64,000 bases of DNA from Bacilli bacterium (GCA_022652945.1 JALCRV010000003.1:88128-152127); one strand, 5' to 3'; shown: positions 34,274-43,783, counted from the first letter of the stretch. The notes: generated by a model not told the origin, from the sequence alone. Made by a program: numbers and translations.

Positions 34274-34895
34274 AATTGCTTTTCTTGTTGATTTCGTAAT
34301 GGAAGAGTTTCTTCAGGTCGTCTTCTTCAAGGAAAGGATAAAGGGCGTTGACATCGATCGAAGAATTGCCATGGATATAGGCATCTACCGCCTCTGATAA
34401 AGCTTCGTCGCTGACGAAAGGAAGGTATTTAGAGAAATCCTTTCCATTAGTCCAGGCATCCTTAAAGGCGTCGTCGATATCATCATCATCCATAAAAGGA
34501 AGCAGGGAGGAGAGACTTGTTCCGTTAAAGGAACCGCCGTTTTGCTTAAGAAAAGCTGCAAGTTTTTTGATGTCGTCATCATCTAGGAATGGCAATAGCT
34601 TATTAAGATTGACGTTTGTTCCTTTTCCGGAGATGATTTGGTCCACCAACTTACTTAAATCGTCATCATCGACAAAAGGCAGAAGCTTAGTAATATCCAG
34701 GCCTTTTTCTAAAAACTGGGAAAGCAGCGTCCCCAGATAATCATCGTCGAGGAAAGGATAAAGATTTTCCAATCTGACGTTATCGATCATCTGCGTGGGG
34801 CTTTCCATAATACGTTGAGCCAAAAGCTCCAGATCTTCCTCGTCTAAGAAGGGGAGCATGCTTTTGACACTATGGAAGTTTCCGTTGTTGAACAT
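34272..34895 (-). CDS. Acidic tandem-repeat protein (7 repeats of L-[LY]-P-F-[LVM]-D-D-D-D-[LI]-x-x-L), unknown family
   Basis: Seven repeats at ~26-31 aa spacing are visible: 'MLPFLDEEDLELL', 'LYPFLDDDYLGTL', 'LLPFVDDDDLSKL', 'LLPFLDDDDIKKL', 'LLPFMDDDDIDDA', 'YLPFVSDEALSEA' and 'LYPFLEEDDLKKL'. Confidence 0.7.
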   Translation of the reverse strand: MFNNGNFHSVKSMLPFLDEEDLELLAQRIMESPTQMIDNVRLENLYPFLDDDYLGTLLSQFLEKGLDITKLLPFVDDDDLSKLVDQIISGKGTNVNLNKLLPFLDDDDIKKLAAFLKQNGGSFNGTSLSSLLPFMDDDDIDDAFKDAWTNGKDFSKYLPFVSDEALSEAVDAYIHGNSSIDVNALYPFLEEDDLKKLFHYEINKKSN

Positions 34896-34896
34896 G

Positions 34897-35058
34897 TTAT
34901 TTTTCCTTCTTTCTTAACGAATATGATTCTTTATCATCCATCCAATAATTGACGGTTCTTTTCAACTGTTCGCTTTTATAAAGCTTCTGTTCCTCCAAGG
35001 CGGTTTCCTGAATTAAATTGAAGGCCTCATAAGAAGGATTGTTATTTTTTATATACAT
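34897..35058 (-). CDS. Small ORF (53 aa) bridging the XRE and repeat-protein genes, absent from the ORF track
   Basis: The ATG at 35058 lies 11 nt after a GGAGG and overlaps the XRE gene 3' end. The TAA at 34897-34899 lies 1 nt before the downstream ATG. It encodes MYIKNNNPSYEAFNLIQETALEEQKLYKSEQLKRTVNYWMDDKESYSLRKKEK. Confidence 0.45.
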   Translation of the reverse strand: MYIKNNNPSYEAFNLIQETALEEQKLYKSEQLKRTVNYWMDDKESYSLRKKEK

Positions 35059-35509
35059 AATGTGCTTTGCCTCCGTTTAGATAAACGTTTTCCCCGGTAG
35101 TAAGTTTAGGAAGAAGTTCTTGAATGTCGACTCTCAGTTCTTTATCTCTTATAGCTTGCAGAATCTGCAATCTTTCTTCCGGTGAGAACTGATAGAAAAC
35201 ATCTCCTAAATCAACTTTTAAGTCTCCTCTGATAATCGCCTTAACTACATATTCTCTGGAATGTCCGTTAAATAGATCGTGAGGATCGATCGTCTTTTTT
35301 TCGCTTAAGCAGAGGATGTCCTCAAAGGAGACGGAGAAAAGACGAGACATCTCAAGAAGGGAATCGATCGAAGGCAGGGACTGGCCTAGTTCCCACCTGG
35401 AGACCGCTTGACGGGTAACGAAAAGCTTTTCCGCCATTTGATCTTGAGACATTTTGTTCTTCGACCTGAGGTCGTTGATTTTGTTGCCGATGGCTTTTGA
35501 ATCCAGCAT
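35042..35509 (-). CDS. XRE-family HTH regulator with a C-terminal extension
   Basis: 'IGNKINDLRSKNKMSQDQMAEKLFVTRQAVSRWELGQSLPSIDSLLEMSRLFSVSFEDIL' is a classic HTH_3 domain. The C-terminal ~85 aa contains 'FYQFSPEERLQILQAI' and 'VDIQELLPKLT', which resemble the downstream repeat unit. Confidence 0.85.
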   Translation of the reverse strand: MLDSKAIGNKINDLRSKNKMSQDQMAEKLFVTRQAVSRWELGQSLPSIDSLLEMSRLFSVSFEDILCLSEKKTIDPHDLFNGHSREYVVKAIIRGDLKVDLGDVFYQFSPEERLQILQAIRDKELRVDIQELLPKLTTGENVYLNGGKAHYVYKK

Positions 35510-35555
35510 ATTTCTCTTAACCCGCTCCCTATGCTAATAATGTAAACCAGATGGA

Positions 35556-35587
35556 AGAAAAAAACACGCAAGCCGAAGTTGCGTGTT
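35556..35587 (-). terminator. Rho-independent terminator of the alpha/beta hydrolase gene
   Basis: The minus strand reads AACACGCAA-cttcggc-TTGCGTGTT followed by TTTTTTT. Confidence 0.8.
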
Positions 35588-35614
35588 TCTTATCTTTGCT
35601 TACTTTGGATTTCA

Positions 35615-36286
35615 TCACGCTTCTTTCTTATCTAAAAAAGGCTTGATAATCTGAAAGTATTTCGGATTATGGACTATATACGAATCATGAGTTTCTTTTT
35701 TTAAGAACAACAGTTCTGATTCATGGATATTTAAGTAAATACGTCTAGTATCTCTTTTATCCACCATATCTTTCTCCCCAGCGGTAATTAAGACCGGGCA
35801 TTTAATCATCCCCAGCTGTTGATCGGTAATATGCGGCTGAGAAATAATCATCTTCACTTTCTTATCGCGATGGAAGAAATAGTTAAGTTTAAAAAACCTG
35901 TACCATTTCTTGACTAGTCCGTGAGGAGAAGTGTTCGCTCCGGAGATTACCATCTTTCCAATCGAACCCGGCTTTTTAATCTCCATCATTAAAGCGACAA
36001 TCGCTCCATCGGAGAAACCGATAACGGTCGGTTTATCTAATTTAAATCTGGAAAGGAAAGCTAAAACGTCCCCAGCCATTAACTCATAAGAGATTTCTTG
36101 GGTGTCCTGGCTCTTCCCGTGGCAGCGGGAATCCAAAGCATAGACGTGATATCCGTCTTCAACTAAAAAGGGATAAAGCTTATCGAAGATTTCATGAGTC
36201 TCGCCGTTACCATGAAGAAGAATGATAGGTTTCCCCTTTCCGGCTTCTTCATAGTTAATGTTAATGCCGTTAATTTTGACTTCCAT
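35615..36286 (-). CDS. Alpha/beta-fold hydrolase
   Basis: It has 'PIILLHGNGETHEIF' and the nucleophile elbow 'GFSDGA'. The start is uncertain. A GTG at 36316 opens the ORF, and the ATG at 36286 (MEVKING...) is the first Met. Confidence 0.8.
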   Translation of the reverse strand: MEVKINGININYEEAGKGKPIILLHGNGETHEIFDKLYPFLVEDGYHVYALDSRCHGKSQDTQEISYELMAGDVLAFLSRFKLDKPTVIGFSDGAIVALMMEIKKPGSIGKMVISGANTSPHGLVKKWYRFFKLNYFFHRDKKVKMIISQPHITDQQLGMIKCPVLITAGEKDMVDKRDTRRIYLNIHESELLFLKKETHDSYIVHNPKYFQIIKPFLDKKEA

Positions 36287-36357
36287 ATTTTCATTATAAA
36301 ACAAATCTATATACACAGAGGTGCTTTTTACTTAAAAAGAGCATACTTTTGGGCACT

Positions 36358-36378
36358 TGTTAGGTGACAAGTTTAAGG
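36358..36378. repeat. Copy 3 of the ~20-nt motif (TGTTAGGTGACAAGTTTAAGG)
   Basis: It is near-identical to 20020-20040 and lies in the divergent hydrolase/tex intergenic region. Confidence 0.6.
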
Positions 36379-36538
36379 TAGCGGTGTTCTTTAAATCGCT
36401 TCTATTCTATTTAATTCAATTTGTCAGATGGGCTTTCTTACTTCTCTTCTTAAAAAGCCGTCTTCGTCCTTTCCCACTTTCAGTCATTCTAGGTTAAAAT
36501 ACTAAAGGTCGGTCCGTAGATATAAAAAGGAGTTTATT

Positions 36539-38686
36539 ATGGATATCACTAGCAAGATCAGCGCAGAATTAAATTTAAAGCCTACCCAGGTAGAAGCGGC
36601 AGTGAAACTGATGGATGAAGGGAACACCGTCCCCTTCATCGCTAGATATCGTAAGGAAGTCACCGGCAATCTCACCGATGCTGATTTAAGAAACCTCGAA
36701 GAGAGACTTAATTACTTAAGAAAGCTAGATGAAAGAGTCCAGGCCATCATCGGCTTAATCGATGAACAAGGTAAACTGACTCCCGAATTGAAAGACCAGC
36801 TTTTAAAGGTGGAGACTTTAACTGAAGCGGAAGACCTTTATAGGCCTTATAAGCAGAAAAGGAAGACCAGAGCCTCGATTGCTAAAGAGAAGGGCCTGGA
36901 GCCTTTAGCGGCCTATTTAAAGGCCGGACAAAAGACTAAGGATCTTAATACGTATGCCGCATCATTTATAAATCAAGAGAAGAAGGTAAATTCTGCTGAA
37001 GATGCTCTTAATGGAGCGAAGGATATCCTCGCTGAAGAGATATCCGATGAACCGAGATATCGTAAATATATTAAAGACTTAATCCGAGCGATCGGTTTAG
37101 TCTGCTCGAAAGAAATTAAGAAGGATGAAAAGGATACTTATGGTCAGTATAAAGACTATAAGGAACCGATCAGGAGTATTCCGCCTCATCGGATCTTAGC
37201 TCTTAATCGTGGGGAGAAAGAAGAATGCTTAAAAGTAAGTTTAAGTTATGACTATATGTCGATTTATGACTATATCGCCAGGGAATGGAAAGATAATAAC
37301 GAATATAAAGACATCCTTGGAGAAGTGATCGATGATTCTTTGAAAAGATTGATCCTACCTAGCGTGGAAAATGAAATCCGCGGAGAGCTTTTCGATAAGG
37401 CCCAGGATCAGTCGATGGAAGTCTTTAAGAAGAACCTGGCTTCGTTGCTGATGTATCCTCCGCTGAAGAATAAGAGAGTCTTGGGTTTTGATCCGGGTTT
37501 TAGAACCGGCTGCAAGTACGCTTTAGTTAATGAAAACGGGATTCCTGAATTGGTCGGGGTCAGTTATATCACTTCCGATAAGGAAGCCGACGTGATTAAG
37601 GCCAGAGAGCAGTTAAAAGGACTGCTAAGTAAAAACAAGATTGATTATATAGCCTTAGGTAACGGGACCGCTTCTCGAGAGTCAGAAAAGGAATTGAGGG
37701 AGATTGTTAAGGCAAATAATCTGCCGATTAAGATTCATATCGTCAATGAATCGGGGGCCAGCGTCTATTCAGCCTCTAAGCTCGGGGAGGAAGAATTCCC
37801 GGAGTTACCGGTTGAGAAGAGGAGCGCTATCTCTTTAGCAAGAAGATTGCAGGATCCTTTGAATGAACTGGTGAAGATCGAACCGAAGGCGATTGGAGTC
37901 GGGCAGTATCAGCACGATATGGATCAGACACGTTTGACCGATACCCTCCACGGGACGGTGGAGGATTGTGTTAATGAGGTCGGGGTGAATATCAATAATG
38001 CTTCTGTTTCGATTCTGTCATATATTTCTGGTATCAATACCGCTTTAGCCTCTAATATCTATGATTACTTAAAAGAGAATGGGACCTTTAAGAGCCGCGC
38101 GGAGATTAAGAAGGTCAAGAAGATGGGACCGAAGGCTTATGAGCAATGTGCGGGCTTTTTAAGAGTCTATGGGGGAGAGGAGCCTTTAGATACGACTTCC
38201 GTCCATCCGGAGAGTTATAAGCCAGCTAAGGAGATCCTGAAACTGACCAAGATTGATTTAATCAATGATGATGAAAAGACCAAGGAAGAAAAACTGAGAG
38301 ATTTCTCTCGCTCATCTTTCTTAACTAATCATCCGGATTTAGGTGAAGAGACTTTAAATGATATTTTGAAGGAAATCGTTAAGCCAGGAAGAGATATCCG
38401 AGATGAGGTAAAGATTGTAGAGTTGAATAATGAAGCGAGCGATATAAAAGATTTGAAAGTCGGGATGGTTTTAGAAGGTACGGTCAGGAATATCATGGAT
38501 TTCGGTATGTTCGTGGATATCAATGTCCATCAGGACGGCTTGGTTCATATCTCGGAAGTCGCGAATCATTATGTGAAGAATATCTCGGAGTTATATTCCA
38601 TAGGCGATGTCATTAAGGTCAAGGTTATCAGCGTCGATGTGGAAAAGAGAAGAATTGGACTATCGATTAAACAGCTAAATCATTAA
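36539..38686 (+). CDS. tex: Tex-family transcription accessory protein (S1 RNA-binding domain)
   Basis: It has 'VPFIARYRKEVTG', a YqgF-like 'GFDPGFRTGCK', HhH segments and a C-terminal S1 domain 'GMVLEGTVRNIMDFGMFVDI...GLVHISE'. Confidence 0.95.
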   Translation: MDITSKISAELNLKPTQVEAAVKLMDEGNTVPFIARYRKEVTGNLTDADLRNLEERLNYLRKLDERVQAIIGLIDEQGKLTPELKDQLLKVETLTEAEDLYRPYKQKRKTRASIAKEKGLEPLAAYLKAGQKTKDLNTYAASFINQEKKVNSAEDALNGAKDILAEEISDEPRYRKYIKDLIRAIGLVCSKEIKKDEKDTYGQYKDYKEPIRSIPPHRILALNRGEKEECLKVSLSYDYMSIYDYIAREWKDNNEYKDILGEVIDDSLKRLILPSVENEIRGELFDKAQDQSMEVFKKNLASLLMYPPLKNKRVLGFDPGFRTGCKYALVNENGIPELVGVSYITSDKEADVIKAREQLKGLLSKNKIDYIALGNGTASRESEKELREIVKANNLPIKIHIVNESGASVYSASKLGEEEFPELPVEKRSAISLARRLQDPLNELVKIEPKAIGVGQYQHDMDQTRLTDTLHGTVEDCVNEVGVNINNASVSILSYISGINTALASNIYDYLKENGTFKSRAEIKKVKKMGPKAYEQCAGFLRVYGGEEPLDTTSVHPESYKPAKEILKLTKIDLINDDEKTKEEKLRDFSRSSFLTNHPDLGEETLNDILKEIVKPGRDIRDEVKIVELNNEASDIKDLKVGMVLEGTVRNIMDFGMFVDINVHQDGLVHISEVANHYVKNISELYSIGDVIKVKVISVDVEKRRIGLSIKQLNH

Positions 38687-38702
38687 TTGTTCTCTGCTTC
38701 CG

Positions 38703-38733
38703 ACAAGCAAAGAGACATTTTTTGCTTGTTTTT
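38703..38733 (+). terminator. Rho-independent terminator after tex
   Basis: ACAAGCAA-agagacatttt-TTGCTTGT followed by TTTT. Confidence 0.7.
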
Positions 38734-39019
38734 AAAGGCAGAACGTCACTTCGTAACAAACTAAAATCGTTTTATGCAAAAAAATAACAAATAAAAACAG
38801 GAGCAAAGATATAAAAACATTTACCTTAAATTTCAAAAATTAGTTTTATTTTTAACCTTCTTGGTAGAATTAGCATCCTTAAGGGTAATATATTTGCTTT
38901 CGTAAAGCGCTATCTTTACATTAAATACCTATCAAGGGGTAAAATAAAAAATATAGTTGATATGTCGTTACTTTCCTGTATAATTAGTGAAATAAGAAGT
39001 AGAAGAAAGTAAGGTTATA

Positions 39020-40138
39020 ATGAGGATTTTAATGATTGGCCCCAAAACCGTTCCATCCAGGGATGGTGGAATTGAAGTGGTTGTTGGAGAGCTATCAACG
39101 CGGCTGGCGGCATTGGGAAACGATGTAACGATTTTTAATCGAAAAAGAAAACATAAAAAAGGCGAGCAAATATTGACCGAATATCATGGCTGTCATTTAA
39201 AAGAGATATTCACGATTAATAAAAAAGGATTGGATGCTATTGTTTATTCTTTTTTTGCAACTATTAAAGCGAAAAAAATGGCGAGAAAGGGTGAAATTGA
39301 TGTAATACATTATCACGCTGAAGGGCCCTGTTTTTTCTTGTGGATGTTTGGTAAGAAACATAAAGGATATAAGCTTGTTGTCACTATTCACGGGCTTGAT
39401 TGGCAGAGGAGCAAATGGGGCGGTTTTGGCTCCAAAATGATTCTCCAAGGCGAAAAAAGAGCGGTCAAATACGCCGACCAGATCATTGTTTTAAGTAAAA
39501 ACAATCAAAAATATTTTTCTGATAAATACACTCGTAAAACCGTATTTATCCCTAATGGGATTTCCCCTGTATGTTTTCACGAACCCGAACTGATTAAAAA
39601 GCAATGGGGGCTTGAAAAAGGATCTTATGTTTTATTTTTAGGGAGGATTGTTCCTGAAAAAGGGTGCCATTATTTAATAAAGGCGTGGAAACAACTAAAG
39701 CAAGAATTTAATACGGACAAGAAATTAGTTATAGCAGGTAAATCTTCGCATTCTGATGAATATTTTGATTCAATTTGTAATATGGTCAAAGGCGATTCAT
39801 CGATTATCATGACCGGCTTTGTGGAGGGACAAGCGCTGCAAGAATTGTATTCAAATGCTTATTTGTTTGTTCTCCCCAGCGACATTGAGGGTATGCCTAT
39901 GTCTTTGTTAGAAGCTATGGCTTACGGAAATGTCTGTCTGGTAAGCGATATCCCAGAAAATAAAGATTTAATCGATGGAAGGTCATATGTTTTTAAAACT
40001 GGTGACTGGGAGCAATTGAGCGCTAAACTATTTTATATTATTGAGCATGAAAAAGTGCTCGTTCACCAACCATATATAAAGTTCCCGTGGAATGATGTTG
40101 TTTTTTCGACACTTCAAATATATAGAGAAAAAATATGA
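39020..40138 (+). CDS. GT4-family glycosyltransferase
   Basis: It has 'FLGRIVPEKG' and 'PSDIEGMPMSLLEAMAYGNVCLVSD' (the E-x7-E region). It is the first gene after a 330-bp AT-rich spacer. Confidence 0.8.
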   Translation: MRILMIGPKTVPSRDGGIEVVVGELSTRLAALGNDVTIFNRKRKHKKGEQILTEYHGCHLKEIFTINKKGLDAIVYSFFATIKAKKMARKGEIDVIHYHAEGPCFFLWMFGKKHKGYKLVVTIHGLDWQRSKWGGFGSKMILQGEKRAVKYADQIIVLSKNNQKYFSDKYTRKTVFIPNGISPVCFHEPELIKKQWGLEKGSYVLFLGRIVPEKGCHYLIKAWKQLKQEFNTDKKLVIAGKSSHSDEYFDSICNMVKGDSSIIMTGFVEGQALQELYSNAYLFVLPSDIEGMPMSLLEAMAYGNVCLVSDIPENKDLIDGRSYVFKTGDWEQLSAKLFYIIEHEKVLVHQPYIKFPWNDVVFSTLQIYREKI

Positions 40139-41355
40139 AAATTGCACTTGTAAACAAATTTTTTTATTACAGAGGCGGCTCTGAGACTTATTATTTTAAT
40201 TTGGCAAGCGCTCTGAAGAAAGAAGGAGTTGAAGTCTCATATTTTGCTATGAATAGCCCACAAGACTTAAAAACAGAAGATAATAAATATTTTGTTTCTC
40301 ATAAAGATTACAATGGTGCCACTTCAATTTTTCAGAAATTAAAGATGACATTGTCATTGAATTATTCAAAGGAAACCTATAGAAATATGATGCGCTTTTT
40401 GACGGATAAAAAGCCTGATTTTGTATTACTGAATTTAATTAATAAACAGATTACTTTTTCTGTTGTGAACGCAATTGAAGATTTTAACAAAAAATATAGT
40501 GCAAATATCAAAACCCTGTATTTCTGCCACGATATGTCTCCGGTGTGTCCCGATTATTTGTGCCTGAATAATCAATGCGAGATATGTGAAGAGTGCTTTA
40601 ATCATAATTTCAAACAATGCTTAAAAAAAAGCTGCATTGACGGGTCCAGATTAAAAAGCTTCCTTGGCTATTATGAGGCGGAATACATTTACAAGCACAA
40701 ATATTATGAGCGAATAGATGGCCTTTTGGTGGCTTCGGAATTTCAAAAACAGTTGCTTTTAAAATCAAATGATATTAAAAACCGTATTTTTGTTGTGAAC
40801 CATATGTTACCGCCAGATTTTGTTTATTTGTGCAATATAAAAAACTCAGACTATTATTTATATTTAGGGAGGATAGCAAAAGAGAAAGGGTTGAGCACCC
40901 TTTGTGAAGCGTTCAAGTTGAATAAATTATCCCTAAAGATTGTTGGGGACGGAGATATTCTTGCTTCGTTAATCCAAAAATATCACTCATGTACAAATAT
41001 TGAATTTGTAGGATCTATACATCATGACCAAATTGAAGATTTTATTGATGGAGCAAAGGCGGTGATAATTCCTTCTGAGTGGTATGAAGTCGGTCCATAT
41101 TCTGCTTATGAAGCCTTGGGGCGAGGGAAGCCACTAATTGTCAGTGATTCTGGGGCGCTTCCATTTAGAATTAAAGATAATGGGTTTGTGTTCAAAACAA
41201 AAAATGTTGAGTCTTTAAATCAAGCGGTTTCAAAAATTGAAGAAATGTCGGAATCAGAATATATTGATTTGTGTGAAAAGGCTTATAAAAGTTCTTTCGA
41301 GTATGATGCAAGTAAAAATGCGAAAATTCTTATTTATCTTTTCAAATCATTGTAA
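40135..41355 (+). CDS. GT4-family glycosyltransferase
   Basis: It has 'YLGRIAKEKG' and 'PSEWYEVGPYSAYEALGRGKPLIVSD'. It has an ATGA overlap with the upstream gene. Confidence 0.75.
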   Translation: MKIALVNKFFYYRGGSETYYFNLASALKKEGVEVSYFAMNSPQDLKTEDNKYFVSHKDYNGATSIFQKLKMTLSLNYSKETYRNMMRFLTDKKPDFVLLNLINKQITFSVVNAIEDFNKKYSANIKTLYFCHDMSPVCPDYLCLNNQCEICEECFNHNFKQCLKKSCIDGSRLKSFLGYYEAEYIYKHKYYERIDGLLVASEFQKQLLLKSNDIKNRIFVVNHMLPPDFVYLCNIKNSDYYLYLGRIAKEKGLSTLCEAFKLNKLSLKIVGDGDILASLIQKYHSCTNIEFVGSIHHDQIEDFIDGAKAVIIPSEWYEVGPYSAYEALGRGKPLIVSDSGALPFRIKDNGFVFKTKNVESLNQAVSKIEEMSESEYIDLCEKAYKSSFEYDASKNAKILIYLFKSL

Positions 41356-41366
41356 ATGGAGGGTTT

Positions 41367-42542
41367 ATGAAAAAATTAAACGGAACGATAATCGTTACTT
41401 ACAGATGTAACGCCAGATGTACAATGTGCAATAGATATAAAGCGCCATCTTTACCAGAGGAAGAAATATCGCTTGATACAATAAGAAAACTACCGCGAAT
41501 GTATTTTACTAACGTTACTGGTGGTGAGCCTTTTATTAGAACCGATTTAAAAGATATCATTAGAGAACTTTATAAAAAATCCGACAGGATAGTTATATCT
41601 ACAAACGGCTTTTTTACCGATAGAATTATTGCATTGTGCAAAGAGTTCCCTCGTGTTGGAATTCGTATTTCAATTGAGGGCTTGGAAAAAACAAATAATG
41701 AGATAAGGGGCTTGCCGGATGGATTTAATCGTGGATATGCCACCTTGAAGGAACTTGTAGATATGAAACATCCGGATGTGGGCTTTGGAATGACGGTCCA
41801 GGACAAGAACGCGCCCGATCTTGTTCCTTTATATCAAGAGAGCGAAAAATTGGGGATGGAATTTGCGACGGCGTCATTACACAATTCTTTCTATTTTGTT
41901 GAAGCTAAAAATATTATTCATGATAGATTAATGGTTGCACAAAATTTCGAGAATTTAATTAATGAATTATTAAATTCAAAATCACCCAAAAAATGGTTTC
42001 GGGCATATTTTAATCATGGTTTAATTAATTATATATTTGGCCAGAAACGGTTGTTGCAGTGTGATATGTCCTTCGACACTTTTTTTATTGATCCCTATGG
42101 TGATGTCATGCCATGTAACGGAACAAAAGACAAGGAAGTAATGGGAAACTTAAATAAACAGTCGTGGGATGAGATATGGTCTTCAAAACAGGCAGATGCT
42201 GTTAGGCGGAAAGTTAGATGCTGCGATAGAAATTGCTGGATGATAGGATCTGTGTCACCAGCAATGCACAAATATTTTTACAAGCCTTTCTTCTGGGTCA
42301 TTAAGCACAAATTTCTTAGGTTCTTTAAAAAGAAGAAATATTCTATGTATGAGTTAAAAGTTGTTAGAGATTATAGAGATGGAAAGATATCAAAAGAAGA
42401 GCTGGACAAACTTTCCACCTGTGATTTAACGGCGTCTGTTAATAATGGATTAAGTACAGCCTCTAAAGAGCAACTTAATAAAAAAAGCGGAGAAGAAATT
42501 GTTGCTGAGGACATCAAAGGACAGGGATATATTTCAAAGTAG
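41367..42542 (+). CDS. Radical SAM enzyme with a SPASM/twitch-like C-terminal Cys cluster
   Basis: It has 'YRCNARCTMCN' (CxxxCxxC), 'TGGEPF' and 'ISTNG'. Later Cys residues occur at 'LLQCDMS...DVMPCNG...RCCDRNCW'. Confidence 0.8.
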   Translation: MKKLNGTIIVTYRCNARCTMCNRYKAPSLPEEEISLDTIRKLPRMYFTNVTGGEPFIRTDLKDIIRELYKKSDRIVISTNGFFTDRIIALCKEFPRVGIRISIEGLEKTNNEIRGLPDGFNRGYATLKELVDMKHPDVGFGMTVQDKNAPDLVPLYQESEKLGMEFATASLHNSFYFVEAKNIIHDRLMVAQNFENLINELLNSKSPKKWFRAYFNHGLINYIFGQKRLLQCDMSFDTFFIDPYGDVMPCNGTKDKEVMGNLNKQSWDEIWSSKQADAVRRKVRCCDRNCWMIGSVSPAMHKYFYKPFFWVIKHKFLRFFKKKKYSMYELKVVRDYRDGKISKEELDKLSTCDLTASVNNGLSTASKEQLNKKSGEEIVAEDIKGQGYISK

Positions 42543-42561
42543 TTAAAAGCAACATAATTCC

Positions 42562-43779
42562 ATGAATCATAAAAACAAATTATCCGCAGACATCTATTTA
42601 GTTCATCCATATAGGCAACATTCTTTAGAGTGCGCCGCTCAATTGCAAAAAAGCAACTTTAATTTTAAATACATCACTTCGAATTATTATAAAGACTCAA
42701 TTTTCATGAGACTATTGCCTAAAAAGATATGTGGAAAAATTGCCAAGAAACAGAATCGAACATTACCAGACGATTCAATCGTAACGATTAATACATTTAC
42801 CTACTATTTTTCTCGTATCTTATATTACATTCACGCAAAATGGCTTTTTCGATTAATTGATGAAATGAATTTAAAAAGCTTTAGTAGAAAAGTAGGGAGA
42901 ATGATTATCAAAAATCACATTAAAGTACTGATTAGTTATGATAGATGCTCATCGTATTTGTATAGATATCTTAACAAGCACAATAGTGACTGCTTAAAGA
43001 TTTTAGATGTGACAATTTTGGGTGTTGGCTCTCTTCAAAAAAACATGAGCATGATTTTAAATGGGATTTTTCAAAAGGAACAATGTCATCAAAACAAAGA
43101 AACATTTTCAAAGAAAAATGTATCCAATTTTGAGTTTGAATATCGCGATGCTGATTATTGCTTGGCAGGATCAAATATGGTTAAGGAATCTCTTGTCGGT
43201 TATGTCAAAGATCCGAGCAAGGTTATAGTCATTAATTACGGGAGTCAAGTCTTACCAAAAGAGACGAGTGGTTATCATGATAACAAATCCATCCTTTTTG
43301 TTGGCGCTATTAATTACCGAAAGGGATTAGATATGATTTATGAAATTGCCAGCCAAATGAAAGAATACAGGTTCACTTTAGTTGGAAAATTTGAGAAGGG
43401 AAGTGTTTTATACAAGGAATTGAAAACTCTTCCCAATGTTAATATGGTTGGCTTTATTGACAACAGAGAATACTTAGAAAGATTTTACCAGCAAGCGGGG
43501 ATTTTTCTCCTACCCTCAAGAGGTGAAGGCCTGCCATTAGTCCTTCTTGATGCAATTAGTTACAATTTGATACCTGTTTGCTCAATGTTTTGTGGTTCTT
43601 CGGATATAATTAAGAACAATGGAGTAATTGTTCAAGAATATTCCGTCTCTGCCTTCATCAATGCAATCCGTTCCGTCAATAAAACAATGTTCAAAACCAC
43701 CTACGAATATGAAAATTTATCTTGGGATAATTATGGGTCTACACTTTCTCTTTTTTTACGTGGAGTTTTAGGAGAATAA
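42562..43779 (+). CDS. GT4-family glycosyltransferase
   Basis: It has 'FVGAINYRKG' and 'PSRGEGLPLVLLDAISYNLIPVCS'. Confidence 0.7.
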   Translation: MNHKNKLSADIYLVHPYRQHSLECAAQLQKSNFNFKYITSNYYKDSIFMRLLPKKICGKIAKKQNRTLPDDSIVTINTFTYYFSRILYYIHAKWLFRLIDEMNLKSFSRKVGRMIIKNHIKVLISYDRCSSYLYRYLNKHNSDCLKILDVTILGVGSLQKNMSMILNGIFQKEQCHQNKETFSKKNVSNFEFEYRDADYCLAGSNMVKESLVGYVKDPSKVIVINYGSQVLPKETSGYHDNKSILFVGAINYRKGLDMIYEIASQMKEYRFTLVGKFEKGSVLYKELKTLPNVNMVGFIDNREYLERFYQQAGIFLLPSRGEGLPLVLLDAISYNLIPVCSMFCGSSDIIKNNGVIVQEYSVSAFINAIRSVNKTMFKTTYEYENLSWDNYGSTLSLFLRGVLGE

Positions 43780-43783
43780 TTAC

